In this document: piece by piece, positions 19,022 through 24,003 of the stretch | Layout of the letters: every line of letters starts with the position of its first letter | Position numbering within the stretch: position 1 is the first letter of the stretch | NCBI GenBank assembly: GCA_048268245.1 | Contig: JBLWVX010000036.1 | Coordinates: forward strand, 1 to 24,003 | Source of the DNA: Arcobacteraceae bacterium | Lineage (GTDB): Bacteria > Campylobacterota > Campylobacteria > Campylobacterales > Arcobacteraceae | Reading direction: 5' to 3' | Length of the DNA: 24,003 bases | The notes under the pieces: generated by a model | Databases searched by the model: none | What the model was told of the DNA's origin: nothing | Seen by the model: the letters and a program-made list of their open reading frames with translations, nothing else | Program-made: the position numbers and the translations under genes

Positions 19022-20001
19022 TTTTCAACTCTTTCTTCCCAACTTGTAAGATTTATAAGATTATCAAGATGTGTAATATACTCATTTGATAATAACTCTA
19101 AGTTTTTTGTGTCATTAGCAAGATTTTCTACTAAAATCCATCTATTCCACTCTTCACTAATTTGCCAATTAGAAGAGCCTACCATTGAGTTTGATAATCT
19201 ATAGTGAAAAGCTGGTCTTGGTTTTATTTTTTCATTTGGTAGTTTATTTCTTACTCTTTTTTCATCAATAAAAGTTAGAATAGGGAGTAAATCTAAAGAT
19301 CTATTTCTAGTAGGATTGAACTTTAAGTAGTCATCTATAAACTCTTGTATCGTTGGCTTATAAGAATTATCTAAAATGTGCTTTATGTAATCAGTTTTAA
19401 AATTATCAATAAAAGGGCTTATTTTTCTTGCAATATCGATTTTTGCATCTTTATTTATAAAGTCTTGAAGAATTAAATAGGCCTTTGTATAGTTCAATAA
19501 GCTTTCTATCTCAAGTGATACCACTTCAATATTTATATGTAAACCAAAGGCATAATATAATTTATGTTTTGTACCTTTTGCATCATTTATTGCAAGTTTA
19601 TTTGTAAGTTTTTCAACAAGTGAAATCTCATCTAAAGGTAATGGTGGAGTACTTATCTCATAAGGAACTATATCTTTTGATAAATCACCAATTGTTTTTT
19701 CAATAGCTTCAATATCATTTGCTTTTATATCAATACCTATTGTTTGAGAAAGTTTTTTTGCACCTTCTTTTATCTTCTGTTTAGTTAGAAGCTCAAAATC
19801 AAGCTCTAAAATAAAATCTCCATACTTTGATTCTAGTTTATAAAAGAAGTTATTTATCTTTTTCTCTTTAAAGTGAAAATCCTCTTTTAAGATATTTAAG
19901 ATTTCATCTAACTCAATATTTGAAAACTCTATTTCAAAACCTACATGTCTTATTTTATTTTCATAATTGTTTTTGATTTTAGGATTTAGAAAATTACTCA
20001 T
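19003..20001 (-). CDS. Putative amidoligase (COOH-NH2 ligase, glutamine synthetase/GCS2 fold, Amidoligase_2-like)
   Basis: VGFEIEF (ExE), PYEISTPP, FGLHINIE, NPTRNRSLD, RPAFHYRL. Confidence 0.8.
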   Translation of the reverse strand: MSNFLNPKIKNNYENKIRHVGFEIEFSNIELDEILNILKEDFHFKEKKINNFFYKLESKYGDFILELDFELLTKQKIKEGAKKLSQTIGIDIKANDIEAIEKTIGDLSKDIVPYEISTPPLPLDEISLVEKLTNKLAINDAKGTKHKLYYAFGLHINIEVVSLEIESLLNYTKAYLILQDFINKDAKIDIARKISPFIDNFKTDYIKHILDNSYKPTIQEFIDDYLKFNPTRNRSLDLLPILTFIDEKRVRNKLPNEKIKPRPAFHYRLSNSMVGSSNWQISEEWNRWILVENLANDTKNLELLSNEYITHLDNLINLTSWEERVEKWILNH

Positions 20002-22267
20002 TTGTTTTTCCTTCTTGTAAAGCTTTTTTATAGTATCTGTTTAGGTCAAATAATCCAGCTTCAATAGGATTTGTTTCATAAAATTTATTTTGAAACCAAT
20101 CATAAACTTGCCAGAAATTTTTATCGTTTCTATTTATAAAAAACTTAGAAAGCTTTGATTCATCAACATTTCCTTTTAAAAGCTCAAAAAATTCTTTGAT
20201 ATCATCTTCTTCTACAACAACAAAATAATTAGGGTAAGACCCTATAAATCCTTCTATTATGTTTATTTTGTCCTTTTTAACATTTAACCGAGCTTCTTCA
20301 TTAAATAAAAAGGCAACACTATCATGCCATCTATTTATAACTGCTGTGTAGACTAAATCTTCTTTTTTCATTTTGAATCTAACATATACTAAATTGAAGT
20401 TATCGCTTGAAAACTTTTTGAATTTGTTTATTTCATTGTGAAAAATTATACTTTTTAGTGCTTTTTGAATATCATCTTTTGTTTTAAACTCTTTTATATT
20501 TTTATAAAAATCAACTTTTGTATCAATAAAGTTTATTTCATCTTTAGGGGTTTTTGTATAGTCTAATAAGTTTACAACAAACTCTTTAAATTCATAATCA
20601 ACTTTAGGATCTAAGTTTGAGGGTGTATATGTAGCTACTTGTTTTGCGATATCTCCTATATACCAACTATTAAAGATATCATTTCTTTTGCTTCGTGGAA
20701 GATACTCTAAAAAGTTGCTTTCTCCCTCAATTCTTAGTCTATCCATATATTTTCTTACAAGTATTTTATGTTGAGTATTTCCATATACATCAAAACCTGC
20801 AACAAGAGAGTAATAAAGTCTTTCAAGTAAAGGATAATCTATAACCCATAAAGTCTTAGGTATATCTCCTAGAGCTCCTTTATGTACAGAAGAAGAATCA
20901 AAGTGTCTATATATTGTTAAAATAGCATCATTATCTTTTTCTCCATAGTTGTTTCCTTTCCAAATAGATTGGAAATCTAAAGGACTATTGTATTTTTCAT
21001 AAAGTTTATTTTTGTTTTTATAGTAATCAATAGTTACACTATTATATTTATAAATACTAAAAACATCTAAAATCCCACTATTACCACCATATTCATTTGG
21101 TAAAGATAAGTTTTTTTGATTCTGTATTAAAAAATCTTTATCTTGAATTGTGTAATCATATTTAGGATCTTTAAATGCAACCCAAAAATGGTCATTTATA
21201 ACATTTAATGCAACTTGTCCTTTACAAACTGGACCTCTAATATATGTCATAATAAAGTAGTGTATATTGTCAAGCATAAATTCATATCTTGATTTTGCAG
21301 GAATTTGCTTAAATGCAATCAAAGGATTTGCAGCTATTTTAGGTTCATAGCTAGGCATATTAGGTTTTTCTTCCCAAGTAGGTCTTATAAATAAATCTTT
21401 ATATCTTTGTAACTTATCTTCATTTAACTTATAAACCATGTGTGTTTTATGTACTATAGTAGATGTTATTTTTTTAAATTTATAGAAAAACTTCTCTTTA
21501 GCTTTTCCATAAGGAACTCTTGTTTTTACAGCATCTGAGCCATTTGCATTGTATGTTCTATATAAAGAGTAAAAGTTATCATCCCCATCAAACTTGATGT
21601 GAGCTAAGAAAAGATGTTCATAAATATATCTTGCAGTAACTTGATGTTTCATATCTGGGTTATTTAAGAACAACTCAAATGCTTTGATAATTTTAGAAGG
21701 TTTTTGTTTCTCTTCTTCTTGTTTTTTTATATCACCTTTAAGCCATGAAATAAGCATTTCATGCTCTTTTTTATTAAGTGCTGGGAAACCATAAGGCATA
21801 CCATGATTTGGATTATCTTCTAAATATTCATCTAGTTCTTCCATATTTTTACTACATTGAAGGTCATCTGTTTCAGAGGCATAATCTCCTATATTTTCAG
21901 GTTTTAGTTGTTTTTGCTTTAAAAGCTTGGACATAATACTTTCTTGATTATATTTTTTCAATACAGAGTGAAAACCTAAAGCCTCCCACTCTTTAGATGT
22001 TGTTGCGTCTATAAACATTCTTGAAGGTTTTGCAGGATCAATTCTATTGTCATAAATTTCTTCTTTTGTGGCACCTCTTAGTAAGCCATCAACAGAACTA
22101 AGTTTTAATTGACAAGGTGAGTTGTAACATGAGTGGCAAACTACACATCTATTGTCAAGTATAGGTTTAATATCTTTCATAAAAGATGGTTCATCATTAC
22201 TTTTAGCTAGTAATATAGTTTGTAAAAATATACTTATAAAAAGTATTAAGAAGTTAGTTTTTTTCAT
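19994..22267 (-). CDS. cti: Fatty acid cis/trans isomerase (periplasmic heme-c protein)
   Basis: Signal peptide; RCVVCHSCYNSPCQL heme-c motif, MPYGFP, YEHLFLAH, IRGPVCKGQVALNVI-DHFWV, RHFDSSSV, YYSLVAGFDVYGN, YMDRLRIEGESNFL, GSYPN, GLFDLNRY; 757 aa. Confidence 0.92.
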   Translation of the reverse strand: MKKTNFLILFISIFLQTILLAKSNDEPSFMKDIKPILDNRCVVCHSCYNSPCQLKLSSVDGLLRGATKEEIYDNRIDPAKPSRMFIDATTSKEWEALGFHSVLKKYNQESIMSKLLKQKQLKPENIGDYASETDDLQCSKNMEELDEYLEDNPNHGMPYGFPALNKKEHEMLISWLKGDIKKQEEEKQKPSKIIKAFELFLNNPDMKHQVTARYIYEHLFLAHIKFDGDDNFYSLYRTYNANGSDAVKTRVPYGKAKEKFFYKFKKITSTIVHKTHMVYKLNEDKLQRYKDLFIRPTWEEKPNMPSYEPKIAANPLIAFKQIPAKSRYEFMLDNIHYFIMTYIRGPVCKGQVALNVINDHFWVAFKDPKYDYTIQDKDFLIQNQKNLSLPNEYGGNSGILDVFSIYKYNSVTIDYYKNKNKLYEKYNSPLDFQSIWKGNNYGEKDNDAILTIYRHFDSSSVHKGALGDIPKTLWVIDYPLLERLYYSLVAGFDVYGNTQHKILVRKYMDRLRIEGESNFLEYLPRSKRNDIFNSWYIGDIAKQVATYTPSNLDPKVDYEFKEFVVNLLDYTKTPKDEINFIDTKVDFYKNIKEFKTKDDIQKALKSIIFHNEINKFKKFSSDNFNLVYVRFKMKKEDLVYTAVINRWHDSVAFLFNEEARLNVKKDKINIIEGFIGSYPNYFVVVEEDDIKEFFELLKGNVDESKLSKFFINRNDKNFWQVYDWFQNKFYETNPIEAGLFDLNRYYKKALQEGKTNE

Positions 22268-23624
22268 TTGATTCTTCTATTTCTTTTATGGCATTAATAG
22301 CTGCTGGAAGTAACTCTTCACTTAATGCAGGATGAATATAAAGCATATCTTTTAAATGTCTTATATCATTGTCTATATGCATAATAGTTAAAACTTGGTG
22401 TATCATGGTTGAGCTTTGTGGTCCTATCATATGACAACCTAGGATTTCATAGTTGTTTTTATCTACAATAAATTTAGTAAAAGCATATTCAACTTTCATA
22501 GCTTGGGCTTTTGCACTTGCTTTCCATGTAGTACTTGAAGCTACAAAATTAAGGTTTTTTTCTTGAGCTTGTTTTTGAGTTAAACCAACACTTGCTATTT
22601 CAGGATAAGTGAAAACTGCATGGGGCATGTATTTAAACTTTAATGCTTCATTCTTATCTTCATATAGATATTTAAAAAGATGATTCATTTCATAAGCTGC
22701 TGCATGTTGAAGCATATATTTTCCTGCTGCATCACCTACTACATATATGCCTTTAGCATTAGTTTGAAAATACTTATCTCTTTTTATAAAGCCTCTTTCA
22801 TCTACTTGTATTGAAGTATTTTCAAGTTTTAAATCTTTTGCATTTGATTCTCTTCCTGTTGCATAAAGTAAGGCTTCACTTTTATGAGTTTTTATTGTTT
22901 CATCTTTATTTTCTAAAGTTATATGAAATAAATCGTCTGTATATTTTGCATCTTTTATTGTGGTATTAAACTTTATATCTACATATTTACTAAACTCATT
23001 TTTAAATACTTCTTGAATCTGCTCATCTTCATTTGAAAGAAGAGTATTGCTTCTAACTATTAGTTTTGTATCAATTTTTAAAGCACTAAAAACATTTGCC
23101 AATTCACATGCAATAAAACCAGAACCAACAATCGTAATAGATTTGGGAATATTATCTAAAGGGAAAATATCATCACTAGTCCACGCTTTTTCAAAAGGTG
23201 GTTTTAAAGGTTTTGTTCCTGTAGCGATTATTATATTAGGAGCTGTAAGTTTCTCTTTGTTTACTTCAACTATATTGTCTGCTAAGAAAAAGCCTTCTCC
23301 TCTATATAAATGCACGTTTTCATTTAGCTTTGATTTATAGATTTCATCAACACTATCTATAAAAGAGTTATTGTTTTCAAAAATCTTTTTTATATCAACT
23401 TCTTTAATTTCACTTGATATAAAATGTTTATGAGAGTTTTCAATACTTCTTATAACATCTGCATAACCAATTAGAAGTTTTGATGGCACACAACCTCTGT
23501 TTGCACAAGTTCCACCTAGACTTGATTTTTCTATCAATGCAACTTTTTTGCCTAAAACTCCTGCTTTTTTTGCAATATTTGAGGCTCTTCCTCCTCCAAT
23601 GATGATTAAGTCATAATTTTTCAT
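22254..23624 (-). CDS. Flavoprotein disulfide reductase (LPD/mycothione/glutathione reductase family), probably NADPH-dependent
   Basis: FAD loop IIIGGG, redox GGTCANRGCVPSK, IIIATG, GSGFIACE followed by IVRS, ATGR, GD, C-terminal HPALSEE His-Glu dyad. Confidence 0.88.
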   Translation of the reverse strand: MKNYDLIIIGGGRASNIAKKAGVLGKKVALIEKSSLGGTCANRGCVPSKLLIGYADVIRSIENSHKHFISSEIKEVDIKKIFENNNSFIDSVDEIYKSKLNENVHLYRGEGFFLADNIVEVNKEKLTAPNIIIATGTKPLKPPFEKAWTSDDIFPLDNIPKSITIVGSGFIACELANVFSALKIDTKLIVRSNTLLSNEDEQIQEVFKNEFSKYVDIKFNTTIKDAKYTDDLFHITLENKDETIKTHKSEALLYATGRESNAKDLKLENTSIQVDERGFIKRDKYFQTNAKGIYVVGDAAGKYMLQHAAAYEMNHLFKYLYEDKNEALKFKYMPHAVFTYPEIASVGLTQKQAQEKNLNFVASSTTWKASAKAQAMKVEYAFTKFIVDKNNYEILGCHMIGPQSSTMIHQVLTIMHIDNDIRHLKDMLYIHPALSEELLPAAINAIKEIEESNEKN

Positions 23625-23681
23625 TTGGCACTCTCTTTTTTATTTATAAAAAATATTGTGGTTTAATTATTTTATGACTTT

Positions 23682-23710
23682 ATTATAGGGTAGTTTTCTC
23701 AAAGTTTACT
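23682..23710 (-). promoter_or_regulatory. Putative promoter of the reductase-cti operon
   Basis: Minus strand AGTAAACT-ttg-AGAAAACT-accc-TATAAT, 57 nt upstream of the ATG. Confidence 0.45.
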
Positions 23711-23755
23711 TATACAAAAATAATAAAAAAGGTTTTTGTTGAAAAGATTAATAGG

Positions 23756-23787
23756 AAGTATCATTTAATTTTTATTAAATGATACTT
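23756..23787. repeat. Perfect 14-bp inverted repeat (terminator or operator)
   Basis: AAGTATCATTTAAT-TTTT-ATTAAATGATACTT. Confidence 0.8.
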
Positions 23788-24003
23788 ATAGTTTTACTTA
23801 GTTAGATTCTTCTTTTTTAATGTCATATGAAAAATAAATTGATAATGAGAAATTTAAAGAGATGCTCACTATTTAATGAATTATCTTTTAACTCTTATAA
23901 AAGTGAGATTAATTACAATCAAATAAAAAATGATAATAAGAAATTAAAAATTGATAATACGAATTTTTTATTATTCATGAATAATGGATAATACTTAATT
24001 ATG

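Noticed and set aside
23047..23340. 97-aa plus-strand ORF
   Set aside because: Antisense to the reductase.
22254..23624. Mercuric reductase (merA) or lpdA assignment
   Set aside because: No C-terminal Cys pair or mer genes; NADPH-type fingerprint and no E1/E2 neighbours.
23836..23966. CRISPR-like array from TGATAAT repeats
   Set aside because: Repeats are short, degenerate and irregularly spaced (91 and 21 bp); no cas genes.
23827..23991. 54-codon plus-strand ORF (MKNKLIMRNLKRCSLF...FMNNG)
   Set aside because: No SD, low-complexity N/K-rich product, and overlaps putative operator repeats; it cannot be supported without ribosome profiling.

Overview
Very AT-rich chromosomal segment from a Campylobacterota bacterium, most likely Arcobacteraceae. 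This is inferred from the Campylobacterota-type HQWRQPL kinase H-box, Csd4/Pgp1 peptidase, moaC-DUF493 synteny and FlgO-family pair. It holds 21 CDSs. Most are housekeeping (rpsU, moaC, surE, dnaE, recJ, pyrG, ccoG), with a 5'-truncated Cache-domain histidine kinase, two peptidoglycan carboxypeptidases, two FlgO-family lipoproteins and two hypotheticals. I saw no rRNA, tRNA, CRISPR array or mobile element. Two accessory modules stand out. The first is a four-gene overlapping operon (23624->18341): an NADPH-type flavoprotein disulfide reductase, a heme-c fatty-acid cis/trans isomerase, a COOH-NH2 amidoligase and a C26 gamma-glutamyl amidohydrolase. It may be an undescribed gamma-glutamyl/thiol make-break-recycle stress system. 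The second is a PlcP-like phospholipase C plus patatin pair, behind an apparently leaderless promoter with a Pho-box-like direct repeat. All family assignments come from motif recognition by eye; no searches were run.
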